Counted from the stretch's first letter, positions 7,950-19,005 are shown. The stretch is 52,657 bases of DNA from an uncultured Desulfobacterales bacterium (GCA_964502365.1 CAZCWQ010000005.1:1-52657), one strand, 5' to 3'. Made by a program: numbers and translations. The notes: generated by a model not told the origin, from the sequence alone.

Positions 7950-9130
7950 CATAATGATGTCAAGGACTTTTTGACAGGTATCGCGTCCATCACCGGTCAA
8001 TAAGAGGATCCAGTCCAGGCAATTTGAGCCTGTTCAACACACAGTACACAAATCTTGCCGAATACAAACCACCAGGGTTTCTGGTCTCTTGATTGCTGCT
8101 TCCCTTGCATATCTCTGGACTCGCCGTATCATCTATATTGATCTGTAGCGGGAAAGAACAAATAGGAACTCCAAGATGATCAAGTGTGTTTTTTTCTTTC
8201 CAGCAGGCTGTCAGGGATATTCGTCTTCACAGACCAAAACAGGTCCTGAGCAATATGACATTTGGTGCACCTGCATCACATCGCCATAAACACGTTAAAG
8301 CGAATAAAGAAGAGGGGAAATGCCCACAGCATGCACTGCGAGCGCTTGCCGCCCAAATGGGCCATCGGAAATGTCACCACACCGGGTGCTGAATCTGGAA
8401 GAAATATCTCTCCACGGTCTTGCCTCCCCAAACGCTTGACTGCAACCTGCGATACGGTGGATTTGTCAAGGCCATTTCAATATGCAGTGTCGGCACTTCA
8501 CTTCTCAACGGGGACGACATTACATTGCTGTGCCAGAATCTCATCAATACTATGGTTTCTGGAAAGATTTAGTGCATTTGAAAAAGCTGGAATGGACATG
8601 TCAGTTCCAAAAAGATAGAACTTATAAAGCTCGAAAGTCTTACTCGCCAATGGATCGCACCAGGAATAACTCCATCCGTAACCGAAATCTACCGGTGGGG
8701 CCAGTCCCTTAGCAGCCGCATTGTAAAAGATGGTCAGAAATTCTGAATAGAAGGTTAAGTTTAGGCGTAGAATTTTGGGAAGATGCCGCCGTATGCGGCC
8801 ATGACCCCAAGATTCTTTGTGATACTGTCCAGAGCCGCCCACGGGTGGAAGAGAATCATCCCACGCCCAACGCGGACTGAAAGGCTTTCCCCACACCGCG
8901 CCTCTGTCTCACGAAGCAATGCTTGCACCTGTAAGTTCGTGTTCACAGAGTGGTCCAGCCGAGATATTGAAATCTCAGGGGTTAAACTGCTAGATACCGA
9001 GACAAAGATAGAGACGGAGGAATACGAGTTTCCAGCGTTGTTTTTCCTAAAGCAAGGAGGCATGGAAGAAGTGGAACCTGTAGGAAAAAGGTCATCTTAT
9101 CATATGTCGCACAGAGTTTGCATGTTTATT
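7950..9130 (-). pseudogene. Eroded gene, possibly an outer-membrane beta-barrel porin
   Basis: About 1.2 kb with no intact ORF. Overlapping fragments in different frames (8761-9063, 8498-8896) read SLSVRVGR, AYGG, IDEILAQ, recalling cytochrome-associated porins. Boundaries are approximate. Confidence 0.4.
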
Positions 9131-9605
9131 GGCGGGATGAATAGCGCTGTAATTTTGTCATGCACCCATGAATAACATACAAGGGCTTGTTGGGACGGCG
9201 ATACGAAACAGCCATGAAGGTAGGAAAAGGCAAGCATGAAGTGGTTCGAATGGGAGCTGCCAACAGCTGAGCATTACATGCGATTACTAAATAAGCATTT
9301 TGTGAATCTAATGAAGGCCTGTTACGGAATCTTGAAGTTCTGCGGATATTTACTGTTGCCTGCTGCAGCTTCATACATTATCGTTGGTATGATTGGAAAA
9401 TCGACAACTTAGACTACCTCTGTACCTTCTCGTGCTGCTTCCTGAATGGCAAATATATGGCAACCAGCACCAAGGCCCTCCCGCGCTTCAGCCTGAAGCT
9501 TTGATCGGCTTCCAGCAAACAATCTCTCCAACGCGTGGTTTTCCCGATATTTCGCACAAGTTTGACTCACCTAAAGAACCTGCTATCATAGGGCATCACA
9601 TCTTT

Positions 9606-9622
9606 TGGGCATTACAGTTGCT
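9606..9622 (+). promoter_or_regulatory. Possible sigma54 promoter
   Basis: TGGGCATTACAGTTGCT has GG-N10-GC spacing with TTGCT at -12. Confidence 0.4.
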
Positions 9623-9634
9623 ATGACTAATGAT

Positions 9635-10253
9635 TTCTAAACTGAACCACGGCCTTTGCCCGTGAGACTTAAAAAGGCTTTGCCGTTCCGGAGAGGCAAG
9701 ACAAAAGCGTCCACCTGATGGAGGCCCTTTGGGGCAAAGATCAGGAGGACGCTATGAAGGATTTACAAAGTATGGCTCATGTTAAATGGGAATGCAAGTA
9801 CCACATTGTATTTATCCCCAAATATCGCAAGAAAATGCTTTACGGCAAAGTGCGAAGACGAGTTTGGGAGATTTTCCGGCAGCTGTGTCGGTATAGAGGG
9901 ATCGAGATTCTGGAAGGGCACGCTATGCCGGATCATGTTCATATGTGCCTGAGCATTCCACCGAAATTCACTGTTTCGATGACCGTGGGGTACATAAAGG
10001 GCAAAAGCGCAATCAGGATTCATCGAGAAATCATGGGGCATAAGCGTCAGTTCCCCGAGCTGAATTTTTGGGCTCCAGGATATTGTGTCAATACCATAGG
10101 GTTGGGCGAAGACCAGATTCGGGAATATGTGATAAACCAAGAGCAGCTCGAACAGTACAAGTTGGGCCAGTTGAATTTACCAGAGTCTAATTAGAAGGCC
10201 CCTTTAAGGGGCCTTCCTCATTCCACACGTCCTCCGGACGTGGTCATTAATTC
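9635..10253 (+). mobile_element. IS200-type element (tnpA only)
   Basis: tnpA is flanked by related subterminal hairpins, GAGGCCCTTTGGGGC on the left and GAAGGCCCCTTTAAGGGGCCTTC (10194-10216) on the right. No tnpB. Ends are approximate. Confidence 0.8.
9754..10194 (+). CDS. tnpA: IS200/IS605 family Y1 HUH transposase
   Basis: HVKWECKYHIVFIPKYR, DHVH (HUH), KGKS, FWAPGY, REYV; AGGAGG RBS before ATG 9754. Confidence 0.93.
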   Translation: MKDLQSMAHVKWECKYHIVFIPKYRKKMLYGKVRRRVWEIFRQLCRYRGIEILEGHAMPDHVHMCLSIPPKFTVSMTVGYIKGKSAIRIHREIMGHKRQFPELNFWAPGYCVNTIGLGEDQIREYVINQEQLEQYKLGQLNLPESN

Positions 10254-10271
10254 TCAGAAGGGTTTGTAAAT

Positions 10272-10688
10272 ATGGACTTGGACAAAGACGTAAGACATGC
10301 TACAGATGTGGTGGCCAAGGACCCTATGGCTTCTTTCTTGGGCATACAGATCGAGGAAGTGAAACGCGCTTATGCACGGCTGTCTCTCCGCATCAACGAA
10401 AACTACCTGAACTCTTTGGGCCGTGCTCACGGTATGGCCATATCATCCTTGATAGACCAAGCGGTTGCTGTAGCATCTAATGCTACTGAGCACGAGGCCC
10501 TAGTCGTGGAACTGAAGATAAATTTTCTGGATGCTGTCCCGGCAGGATGTGAGATTACCGCAGAGGCTGTCCCTCTTGATGTTAAGCGAAAACTAAGTTT
10601 GTGGCAGGCAGAGGTCAAGGATTCATCAGGCAATAAAGTGGCCATGGCTCAAGCCCTGGCGTATCATCGTGCGAAAAAGCTCGATTGA
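10272..10688 (+). CDS. PaaI family hotdog thioesterase
   Basis: LNSLGRAHGMAISSLIDQA and ELKINFL motifs. Confidence 0.85.
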   Translation: MDLDKDVRHATDVVAKDPMASFLGIQIEEVKRAYARLSLRINENYLNSLGRAHGMAISSLIDQAVAVASNATEHEALVVELKINFLDAVPAGCEITAEAVPLDVKRKLSLWQAEVKDSSGNKVAMAQALAYHRAKKLD

Positions 10689-10836
10689 ACAGTACTGGCA
10701 ATAGGGGGCGTTTTCTCGTTTCTGTAGCAGCCTGAAAAGCCAAGATTAGCTTGGGTCTCAGCACCAAAAGCCTTTCAATGATAATCAGGCTTATTTAGGC
10801 TGAGCTGTTATCCTCAACCCTAACGACGGGGGTACC

Positions 10837-11025
10837 GTGAATGATGAACTGAATCAAATCAAGAGTCCTTTACAGAAAATGCACGAACGCTTGGGATGCT
10901 ACACCTGTAGATTTTCTGACAAAGAAGCTTTAGGCAGGGATGCATGCTGCAGGCATAATGGTCGCATTGAAATTGACGATAATAGAAAGTGCAAGATGTG
11001 GGAGGAGGATTATATTCTGCTTTAG
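10837..11025 (+). CDS. Small Cys-rich hypothetical protein
   Basis: 62 aa with CYTC, CC and C; GGGGG RBS-like run before the GTG start. Confidence 0.45.
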   Translation: MNDELNQIKSPLQKMHERLGCYTCRFSDKEALGRDACCRHNGRIEIDDNRKCKMWEEDYILL

Positions 11026-11538
11026 GCCTTAAGAGCCCAAGTTTCTAAACTTTGGACGTGGGACGGGATATATTTGTCAATGCCATCTCAGAGTCTATAT
11101 CCCGGAAAGACTGAACAAGTGAACCTTGGCACCCATGGCTTGGCCCGTCGTATACAAAAATCCCTATTTAATCATCATAGATCCAGGGCGGGGCTTCATT
11201 CCTGCCTTATTGTTTTTTCCTGATCCTATATGTATGTAGTATCTGTTGAGTTCAAAAGTAGCGCTTCGTGTAACCTCGATTTCCCCTCATCCACAAAATG
11301 TGATGTTATGCTCATGACACCTGATGAACCTCATGTGACAATGAACTTTCTTGCGATGTCCACGACGGTAGCCCCCATTTGCATACCCTCCCCCCATCAA
11401 TGCTCCTGTGAACCCTTTAGGTGCACCGAAAAATGCCTATTTTGGCGAAGCGTGTGTGGAATAGTGTCCGGAATGACGTTCTTTCTTTTGAAAATCAATG
11501 GAGTTACCTCTTATGGCGCAACCCCTTGATATTGTAAC

Positions 11539-11616
11539 TGGCGGGGACGACGAGACTCGAACTCGCGACCTCCGGCGTGACAGGCCGGCGTTCTAACCAA
11601 ACTGAACTACGCCCCC
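11539..11616 (-). tRNA. tRNA-Asp(GTC)
   Basis: GGGGGCGTAGTTCAG...CT-GTC-AC...GTTCGAGTC...CCA cloverleaf. Confidence 0.97.
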
Positions 11617-11642
11617 GAATTTAGGCTGGTAGGGTTCGGGTA

Positions 11643-11718
11643 TGGTGGGCGGAACAGGGCTTGAACCTGCGACTTCCGGCTTGTAAGGCCGACGCTCTCC
11701 CAGCTGAGCTACCCGCCC
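11643..11718 (-). tRNA. tRNA-Val(TAC)
   Basis: GGGCGGGTAGCTCAG...CT-TAC-AA...GTTCAAG...CCA cloverleaf. Confidence 0.97.
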
Positions 11719-11837
11719 GTTGAATCCTCATTGGTAAAACGAGACTGGAAAAACGAACAACAACGCTTCACCTTTCCCGAATAATGAACAAGCATCTCCG
11801 TGTCAACGAAAAAAGGTATAGCAGTATCAGTGCTCTC

Positions 11838-14288
11838 TCAGTTAATGCGGAGCGGATCTACCGCCTCCTGCTGCTTGGGGATCATCTGCGGCGGGACGAT
11901 CTCCTCTCGTTCTTCCTTAAAAAGCCTCTCGCCCGGCGGCACAATAATGGCACGGGTCAGCACATCATCCATGTGGCTTGCTATGATGACCTTGAACTGC
12001 TTCAGGATCTTTGCCGGGATGTCCTTTAAATCCTTCTTGTTTTCCTCGGGAATGATAAGCCGCGCTATACCACCGCGGTGCGCAGCCAGGATCTTCTCTT
12101 TCAGTCCACCAATGGGCAGGACCCGCCCACGCAATGTGATCTCCCCGGTCATGGCCAGATCGCGACAAACTGGCTTCTTAATCAGGGCAGAGACAATCGA
12201 TGTGGCCATTGTTATGCCCGCAGACGGGCCATCTTTTGGCGTAGCCCCCTCAGGCACGTGGACATGAATATCGATTTTTCTATAAAAATTCTTCTCAAGG
12301 CCAAGCGCCCCTGCCCTTGACCGCACATAGCTCAAAGCTGCCTGAGCAGACTCCTGCATGACCTCTCCCAGTTTCCCTGTCACTGTGAGCTTCCCCTTGC
12401 CAGGCAAAACCACTGTCTCAATGGCCAAGAGCTCACCTCCGACCTGCGTCCAAGCCATGCCGGTGGCCAAACCAATCTCGTCTTTTTCTTCAACCTGCCC
12501 ATATCTGAACCGAGGCACACCAAGGTATTTTTGTATGGCCTGGGCCGTGACCTTGACAAACTTCTTTTCGTCCTCTTTCGTGATCCTGCGGGCCACTTTT
12601 CTGCATACAGAGGCGATTTCGCGCTCCAAATTCCGCACCCCAGCCTCACGTGTATACCGACGAATGATCCTCTGAATGGCCTTGTCGGTAATCTGGATAC
12701 TCTCTTCAGACAATCCGTTCATCTTGGTCTGCTTGGGAACCAAAAAGCCCAAGGCTATCTGCAACTTATCATACTCGGTGTAGCCAGGCAGCTGTATGAT
12801 CTCCATACGATCCTGCAGCGGAGGCGGGATACCATGCAGATTGTTGGCCGTGGTGATGAAGAGGATCTCTGACAGGTTATAGTCCACGTCAAGATAGTGG
12901 TCATTAAAGGCATAATTTTGTTCAGGATCCAGCACTTCAAGCAAGGCTGCCGATGGGTCCCCTCTAAAATCCATGCTCATTTTGTCCACTTCGTCCATAC
13001 AGAAGACCGGATTCTGTACCTTTGCCTTCTTCAGACATTGAATGATCTTGCCGGGCATGGCGCCGATATAAGTACGTCGGTGCCCCCTGATCTCGGCCTC
13101 ATCTCGTACCCCACCGAGGGACAGGCGGATAAACTCTCGCCCAGTGGCCCGTGCCACGGACTTAGCCAATGAGGTCTTCCCGACCCCGGGGGGACCCACA
13201 AAACAGAGGATTGGCCCGCGTATTTTCTTTACCAGTTTCTGCACGGCCAGGTATTCCAAAATCCGCTCTTTGGGTTTTTCCAGACCATAGTGATCTTCCT
13301 CCAGGATGGCCTCCGCTTTATCGATATCCATCCGAAGCTTACTTCGGTCAAACCACGGCAGGCTGATGAGCCACTCGATATAGTTGCGAACAACCGTACC
13401 TTCTGCTGACATGGGGGCCATAAGTTTCAGTTTCTTGAACTCTTGCCTCACCTTAGCGGCTGCTTCCTTGGACACACGTTTGCGTTTGATACGGTTCTCA
13501 AGATCGTCCAGCTCGCTCTTGTGATCATCCTTGGCCCCCATCTCCTTCTGGATGGCACGCATCTGCTCATTCAGGTAATAATCTCGCTGGGTCTTTTCCA
13601 TCTGCTTTTTGACCCTGCCCTTCACCCGTTGCTCTGTCTTGTAAATCTCTATCTCCGCTTGCATCAAGCCATAAAGGAAAGTCATCCGATCCACCGGTGA
13701 GATTGTCTCCAAGAGTTCCTGCTTGTCCTGAAGCTTGAAGTTAAAATGAGCAGCCACCGTATCAGCCAATTGAGATATATCCTTGATGGCTGTCACGTTA
13801 CTGATGACATCCTTTGAAACATTCTTATTAACCTTGGAGTATTTCTCAAAGGCCTCCACCACGGTCCGGGTCATGGCCTGCCTCTCAACCTCTGAAACCT
13901 CCTGCTCAACAATTGGCTCAATTTCGGCCACATAGTAGTTGTCCTTAGGGATAAACCTGACCATGCGCGCCCGTTGTTTGCCTTCAACCAAGGCCTTGAC
14001 TGTTCCGTCCGGCAGCCTGAGCAGTTGGAGCACAGTACCGATCGTGCCCATCTGATATATGTCCTTTTCCTCAGGACTATCTATGGAGGCATTCTTCTGC
14101 GTGGCCAAGAAGATATTCTTGTCCAAATTCATGGCACTGGCCAAGCCGCTCACTGATTTGGCACGTCCTACAAAGAGCGGAACAACCATATGAGGGAAGA
14201 TAACAACATCCCTTAACGGGAGGAATGGCATGGTAAGCTTTTGAACTGAATTATCCATGGCTTTTTTCCTTTTTAACACGTTTAACAT
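11838..14288 (-). CDS. lon: ATP-dependent protease La
   Basis: [11 protein letters not shown]-domain, Walker A GPPGVGKT, catalytic PKDGPSAG. Confidence 0.98.
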   Translation of the reverse strand: MLNVLKRKKAMDNSVQKLTMPFLPLRDVVIFPHMVVPLFVGRAKSVSGLASAMNLDKNIFLATQKNASIDSPEEKDIYQMGTIGTVLQLLRLPDGTVKALVEGKQRARMVRFIPKDNYYVAEIEPIVEQEVSEVERQAMTRTVVEAFEKYSKVNKNVSKDVISNVTAIKDISQLADTVAAHFNFKLQDKQELLETISPVDRMTFLYGLMQAEIEIYKTEQRVKGRVKKQMEKTQRDYYLNEQMRAIQKEMGAKDDHKSELDDLENRIKRKRVSKEAAAKVRQEFKKLKLMAPMSAEGTVVRNYIEWLISLPWFDRSKLRMDIDKAEAILEEDHYGLEKPKERILEYLAVQKLVKKIRGPILCFVGPPGVGKTSLAKSVARATGREFIRLSLGGVRDEAEIRGHRRTYIGAMPGKIIQCLKKAKVQNPVFCMDEVDKMSMDFRGDPSAALLEVLDPEQNYAFNDHYLDVDYNLSEILFITTANNLHGIPPPLQDRMEIIQLPGYTEYDKLQIALGFLVPKQTKMNGLSEESIQITDKAIQRIIRRYTREAGVRNLEREIASVCRKVARRITKEDEKKFVKVTAQAIQKYLGVPRFRYGQVEEKDEIGLATGMAWTQVGGELLAIETVVLPGKGKLTVTGKLGEVMQESAQAALSYVRSRAGALGLEKNFYRKIDIHVHVPEGATPKDGPSAGITMATSIVSALIKKPVCRDLAMTGEITLRGRVLPIGGLKEKILAAHRGGIARLIIPEENKKDLKDIPAKILKQFKVIIASHMDDVLTRAIIVPPGERLFKEEREEIVPPQMIPKQQEAVDPLRIN

Positions 14289-14318
14289 AGCTACGTTCCA
14301 TAATATCTGAATAATAGA

Positions 14319-15581
14319 TTACCGGGACAGAGCCCGCTCCTGCGACTGCTCAAAGAGCAAGATCGGCTCCTCATTGTTGAAAATAACATCTTCGTTGATA
14401 ACACATTCCTTTACCCCGCTCATGGACGGGATCTCATACATGATCTCAAGCATACTTCCTTCCAGTATGGCCCTCAATCCTCGTGCCCCGGACTTGCGTT
14501 CCAGGGATTTTCTTGCAATAGCCTCCAGCGCACTATCAGTAAACCTGAGAGTAACATTCTCAATTTCAAGCAACTTTTGGAATTGTTTCACCAGGGCATT
14601 TTTCGGTTCAGTGAGTATCTTAACCAGAGCTGCTTCGTTCAGTTCGCCCAGTGTGGCGATTACCGGCAGCCTACCCACAAACTCGGGGATTAAGCCGAAT
14701 TTCAAAAGATCTTCGGGCTGAACGTTTTCGAGTATCTCACCTATATTCTTCTCTCTTTTGCTCTTAATATCGGCCCCAAAGCCCATTACCTTTCCGCCCA
14801 ACCTGCTTTGTATAATCTCTGTCAGCCCATTGAACGTGCCGCCACATATAAAGAGGATGTTGGATGTATCCACTTTAACAAAATCCTGTTGGGGATGCTT
14901 TCTGCCTCCTTTAGGTGGCACACTGGCAGTTGTGCCCTCAATGATCTTCAGTAGCGCCTGTTGCACGCCTTCGCCCGATACATCACGGGTAATGGAAGGG
15001 TTGTCCCCTTTCCGCGCTATCTTGTCTATCTCATCAATGTAAACAATGCCTCTTGAGGCACTTTCTACATCATAATCGGCATTTTGAAGCAATGAGAGGA
15101 TAATGTTTTCCACATCCTCTCCTACATATCCCGCTTCTGTCAAGGAAGTGGCATCCGCTATGGTAAAGGGAACGTTTAAAGACTTGGCCAAGGTTTGAGC
15201 CAGCAATGTCTTCCCGCACCCTGTAGGTCCGATCAGGATCACGTTGCTCTTTTGCAGCTCCACATCCTCCGTGTTGACAGGGGTCTCAAGCCGCTTGTAG
15301 TGGTTGTAAACGGCAACGGAGAGTATCTTCTTGGCTTGTTCCTGCTCAATGACATACTGGTCCAGCTTTGCCTTGATGTCAGCAGGTGTGGCGAACTGTC
15401 CCTTCTTGCGGGTTTGTACCTCCTTTTCATACTCTTCTTCGACAATCTCGTTGCACAGCTCGATACACTCGTCGCAGATATAGACGGCTGGCCCGGCAAT
15501 CAGTTTCTTGACCTCTTCCTGGCTCTTGCCGCAAAATGAGCACCTTAAACCCTCTCCGTTCACACCTCTTCGTTTGGCCAT
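14319..15581 (-). CDS. clpX: Clp protease ATP-binding subunit ClpX
   Basis: CSFC...CDEC zinc finger, [17 protein letters not shown] loop. Confidence 0.98.
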   Translation of the reverse strand: MAKRRGVNGEGLRCSFCGKSQEEVKKLIAGPAVYICDECIELCNEIVEEEYEKEVQTRKKGQFATPADIKAKLDQYVIEQEQAKKILSVAVYNHYKRLETPVNTEDVELQKSNVILIGPTGCGKTLLAQTLAKSLNVPFTIADATSLTEAGYVGEDVENIILSLLQNADYDVESASRGIVYIDEIDKIARKGDNPSITRDVSGEGVQQALLKIIEGTTASVPPKGGRKHPQQDFVKVDTSNILFICGGTFNGLTEIIQSRLGGKVMGFGADIKSKREKNIGEILENVQPEDLLKFGLIPEFVGRLPVIATLGELNEAALVKILTEPKNALVKQFQKLLEIENVTLRFTDSALEAIARKSLERKSGARGLRAILEGSMLEIMYEIPSMSGVKECVINEDVIFNNEEPILLFEQSQERALSR

Positions 15582-15746
15582 GGGCTGCCTCCAAGGATAT
15601 GCTTATGCTGTAATTTATTTACGGAGGGAAAACTTCCGTTTTGCCTTGAGCCTTATTTATTATAAGATCCGTTTTGCAAAATACAATGCAAAAATTAAAC
15701 CTTTTTTCATCTCGCCAGGGGAAAAATTTGCCGTATCATTACAGTT

Positions 15747-16415
15747 TTATGAAATAGTTCGTGTCTTCGCACTTTCATGCTTTTGTGGTAAATTTTGTTT
15801 CCCCTTCTTGGTTCCGACCTGTCCGGGTTCAGCTTCTCGCCGGGCGATCACATGATCCACAATACCGTATTCCTTGGCCTCCTGGCCGCTCATATAAAAA
15901 TCTCTATCCGAGTCCTTTCGGATTCTCTCGATGTCTTGATGGGTATGAAACGCAAGGATCTGGCTTAAGGACTCGCGCATCCGCAGAATCTCTTTCGCCT
16001 GAATCGCCACATCCGACGCCTGGCCCTGAAACGAACCCATGGGCTGGTGGATTAGTATCCTGGCATTGGGCAGCGCATAGCGTTTACCCTCCGTTCCTGC
16101 TGCCAGCAACACTGCACCCATGCTTGCAGCCTGGCCCATACACAGAGTACATATGTCGGGCTTGATGTAACGCAAGGTGTCATAGACGGCCAAGCCGGCG
16201 GTAACCATGCCCCCTGGTGAATTAATGTAGAAATTGATATCTTTGTCCGGGTCTTCTGATTCCAAAAACAGAAACTGGGCAATCAGGACATTGGCAAGTT
16301 CATCCGTTACCGGTGTCCCTAGAAATACAATCCGGTCTTTAAGGAGCCTTGAATAGATATCATAGGCCCGTTCCCCACGGCTGCTCTGTTCAATGACCAT
16401 TGGAATAAGCGGCAT
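15747..16415 (-). CDS. clpP: Clp protease proteolytic subunit
   Basis: [25 protein letters not shown]. Confidence 0.98.
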   Translation of the reverse strand: MPLIPMVIEQSSRGERAYDIYSRLLKDRIVFLGTPVTDELANVLIAQFLFLESEDPDKDINFYINSPGGMVTAGLAVYDTLRYIKPDICTLCMGQAASMGAVLLAAGTEGKRYALPNARILIHQPMGSFQGQASDVAIQAKEILRMRESLSQILAFHTHQDIERIRKDSDRDFYMSGQEAKEYGIVDHVIARREAEPGQVGTKKGKQNLPQKHESAKTRTIS

Positions 16416-16430
16416 TACTAGTCTCCTCTT

Positions 16431-17795
16431 TTAACTCGACGGTAGTGTTGTTGTTTCGGTCTCTGAGCTGTCGGTTTGATTCAATTCTAACCCTTCGTTA
16501 TCGGCCCCCACCTTTTCAACATGACTGTTTTCCAAAATATACTTGATAACCTGCTTTTCCAGAGTTTTCTGCCTGAAGATCTCGTAAGCCTCTTTGTCAG
16601 TGCGATGAAACTGCCTGATCGTCTCCTCAGGTTGATTCAGGGCCCCGGCAAACTCCTTGTAAGCCTCATCAAGGATTTCATCCGTCAATGTGATCTCTTC
16701 CTGCTCAATTATCTTCTTCAGAAGCAGGTACTCTCTCACCTTCCTTTCAGCAAGAGGGTGATACTTTTTCGAAAGTTCCTCATCTGTCTGACCTGGTGCC
16801 TGAGGAGATGTCCCCCTGTAAGCAGCGAGGTTCCGCGCATCCCTGACCATTAACGAAAGTTCTTCTTTCACCAAGCCTTCGGGAAGTTCAAAATCGGATT
16901 GCTCTATCAGCATATCAATAATGTCCTCCCGGAGTTGCCGCTTGGATTGGGCTTTATACTTTGCCTCCAAATCCTTTTTAATCGCCTCTTTGAATTCAGC
17001 CAGCGTCTGGTGCTCTCCTAAGTCCTTAGCAAATTCATCGTCGATCTCAGGCAGAATCTCTTCTTTGATCTCCTTTAAGACAACCTTAAATGTTACTTCG
17101 AGCCCAGCCAAATCTCTGTTGTAATAATCATCTGGGAAACGCACCTGGAATTCTTTCGTACTGTTTGCTTCCATTCCTGCAAGATGCTTATCAAAATCTT
17201 TTAGTATCCGCTCTGATCCAACCTGTACCTGAAAGTTCTCAGTCTTGCGAGCAGGCTCAAACGGCTTGCCGTCCATAAACCCCTCATAATCTATGACCAC
17301 TATATCTCCATTCTTAACCGGTCGCGCCCCATCAACGGTCTTAAGCTGAGCACTGCGCTTCTGGAGTATCATCACTTGGGTGTCAACCTCTTCGTCGTTT
17401 ACGGTGTGCACCTTCTCTTTGAGTTCTAGGCCCTTCAGATTCAAGTCATCGATAGAGGGCAGCACCTCTACGGTTGCTGCATAGTGATATGCTTGACCCT
17501 TTTCAAGATCTGGTCGATCGATCGAGGGCTCCCCGATAGGAACCAACTCAGCCTGATTCAGGGCTTCACCATAGGAATTCTGTATCAACTGACCCGACAC
17601 CTCTTCATGCATTTCCTTTTTGAAGCGTCTTTCCAGCATGGAACGAGGCACCTTACCAGGTCGAAATCCTTTGACTTTTACATTGTTCTTGATAGTCTTA
17701 TAAGTTTTGTCCAGTTCCCGAGTCACGTCTTCTTCAGGAATCTCCACGCGCAAGATTTTCTTCACCGTGCTCAAATCTTCAACATTTACCTTCAT
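16431..17795 (-). CDS. tig: Trigger factor
   Basis: GFRPGKVP signature, FKBP domain, tig-clpP-clpX-lon synteny. Confidence 0.97.
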   Translation of the reverse strand: MKVNVEDLSTVKKILRVEIPEEDVTRELDKTYKTIKNNVKVKGFRPGKVPRSMLERRFKKEMHEEVSGQLIQNSYGEALNQAELVPIGEPSIDRPDLEKGQAYHYAATVEVLPSIDDLNLKGLELKEKVHTVNDEEVDTQVMILQKRSAQLKTVDGARPVKNGDIVVIDYEGFMDGKPFEPARKTENFQVQVGSERILKDFDKHLAGMEANSTKEFQVRFPDDYYNRDLAGLEVTFKVVLKEIKEEILPEIDDEFAKDLGEHQTLAEFKEAIKKDLEAKYKAQSKRQLREDIIDMLIEQSDFELPEGLVKEELSLMVRDARNLAAYRGTSPQAPGQTDEELSKKYHPLAERKVREYLLLKKIIEQEEITLTDEILDEAYKEFAGALNQPEETIRQFHRTDKEAYEIFRQKTLEKQVIKYILENSHVEKVGADNEGLELNQTDSSETETTTLPSS

Positions 17796-17821
17796 GAAAT
17801 CCCTTCCTCAGCCTTTCCAGC

Positions 17822-17907
17822 TGGTGCGAGAGGCGGGATTTGAACCCGCAGGGCACTAAGCCGCTGGATCCTAAGTCCAGTGCGTTTGCCAATTTCGCCA
17901 CTCTCGC
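17822..17907 (-). tRNA. tRNA-Leu(TAG)
   Basis: GCGAGAGTGGCGAAATTGG...CT-TAG-GA, long variable arm, CCA end. Confidence 0.96.
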
Positions 17908-17976
17908 ACAAAGAATCTTGATTTTTTCCAGGGAGAGTAATAGTTTTTTTTGCGAATCATCCTTGATAACTTTTTA

Positions 17977-18005
17977 AAAGTAATATCAAACCTAAACTGT
18001 GTCAA
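17977..18005 (-). promoter_or_regulatory. Sigma70-like promoter for tRNA-Leu/tig
   Basis: TTGACA-N17-TACTTT. Confidence 0.6.
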
Positions 18006-18062
18006 GGAGAATTGGACAAGAGGTTACACTTGAAAGACTGTCCAACCAGACGTACCCGGACA

Positions 18063-18872
18063 ATGATGCCGAGAGGACGGCTTGGACTGATTTGGCTCCT
18101 CGTGTTGACGTCTGTCTGCGCGACAACAACCGCCGCACTGGCCAAAGACGCATTGTTGTCAGAAGATTCCCCTGGCCGCAGGGTCATTGTGTTGGACCCT
18201 GGTCACGGCGGCCATGATCTCGGTTCAGTGGGACCGTCTGGCCTGGCCGAAAAAAGCGTGACCCTTGCACTTGCAAAAAGGCTCAAAGACATCCTTACTG
18301 AAACGTGCACTGTTCATCTGACCCGCGATGGTGACTACTGGCTTAACATTGAAAAGCGCACTGCAGTGGCCAACCACCACCGCGCTGATATCTTCATCAG
18401 CCTCCATGCTGGTGGGAGCTTTCATCATAAGGCCAGAGGTATGGCGATCTTCTATTTTGGCCGGGGCACCAGCCAAGGCTTGGCTCCCCAAGAAGAGACT
18501 TTTGCGGTGGAAGATGGTGAGAACCCTACCCTCTGGGACCATATTCAGTTCATGCACGCAAAGAAAAACCAGTTTCTGGCAAACCTGGTGCACAAAGAGC
18601 TTGCTGCAAGACTCAATCCTATGAATAGGGGCATCCACAAAGCTCCCTGTTTAGTTCTCAGCGGAGCTGACATGCCTGCCATCTTGGTTGAAATCGGTTA
18701 CGTTAGCCATCCTGCTGAGGAAAAGGAACTCAGGGACCCGGGTATCATATCCGCTGCCGCCAAGGCTATAGGTCAAGGTATTAGGGAGTTTTTCAGACAA
18801 ACTAGTGGTTGCATCAAGGAAGAAGACATGATAGAAGAAGAAATAGTAACGGGGCGTGGCGCAGCCTGGTAG
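18063..18872 (+). CDS. N-acetylmuramoyl-L-alanine amidase (Amidase_3)
   Basis: Signal peptide; DPGHGG, EK, ISLHA and LVEIGY zinc/catalytic motifs. Confidence 0.92.
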   Translation: MMPRGRLGLIWLLVLTSVCATTTAALAKDALLSEDSPGRRVIVLDPGHGGHDLGSVGPSGLAEKSVTLALAKRLKDILTETCTVHLTRDGDYWLNIEKRTAVANHHRADIFISLHAGGSFHHKARGMAIFYFGRGTSQGLAPQEETFAVEDGENPTLWDHIQFMHAKKNQFLANLVHKELAARLNPMNRGIHKAPCLVLSGADMPAILVEIGYVSHPAEEKELRDPGIISAAAKAIGQGIREFFRQTSGCIKEEDMIEEEIVTGRGAAW

Positions 18873-18926
18873 CGCGCCTGCTTTGGGAGCAGGAAGCCGG
18901 AGGTTCAAATCCTCTCGCCCCGACCA
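18850..18926 (+). tRNA. tRNA-Pro(TGG)
   Basis: CGGGGCGTGGCGCAGCCTGGTAGCGC...TT-TGG-GA...GTTCAAATC...CCA. Confidence 0.96.
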
Positions 18927-19005
18927 GTGTCGATAGTGGAGTTTGAGTCTTCGACGCTAAGAGGTTCTGAAACACACATTCTTCTGAGGGCATCGGAATC
19001 GGAAA

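Noticed and set aside
7950-9130. Selenocysteine or recoding explanation for the broken ORFs
   Set aside because: Breaks include TAA/TAG stops and frame changes, and no SECIS-like hairpin was seen; decay fits better.
10195-10271. tnpB/omega-RNA system with the IS200
   Set aside because: tnpA is followed directly by the right-end hairpin and then paaI; there is no RuvC ORF.
15747-15840. ClpP C-terminal extension (~25 aa)
   Set aside because: Low-complexity tail, probably stop-codon drift; catalytic motifs are normal.
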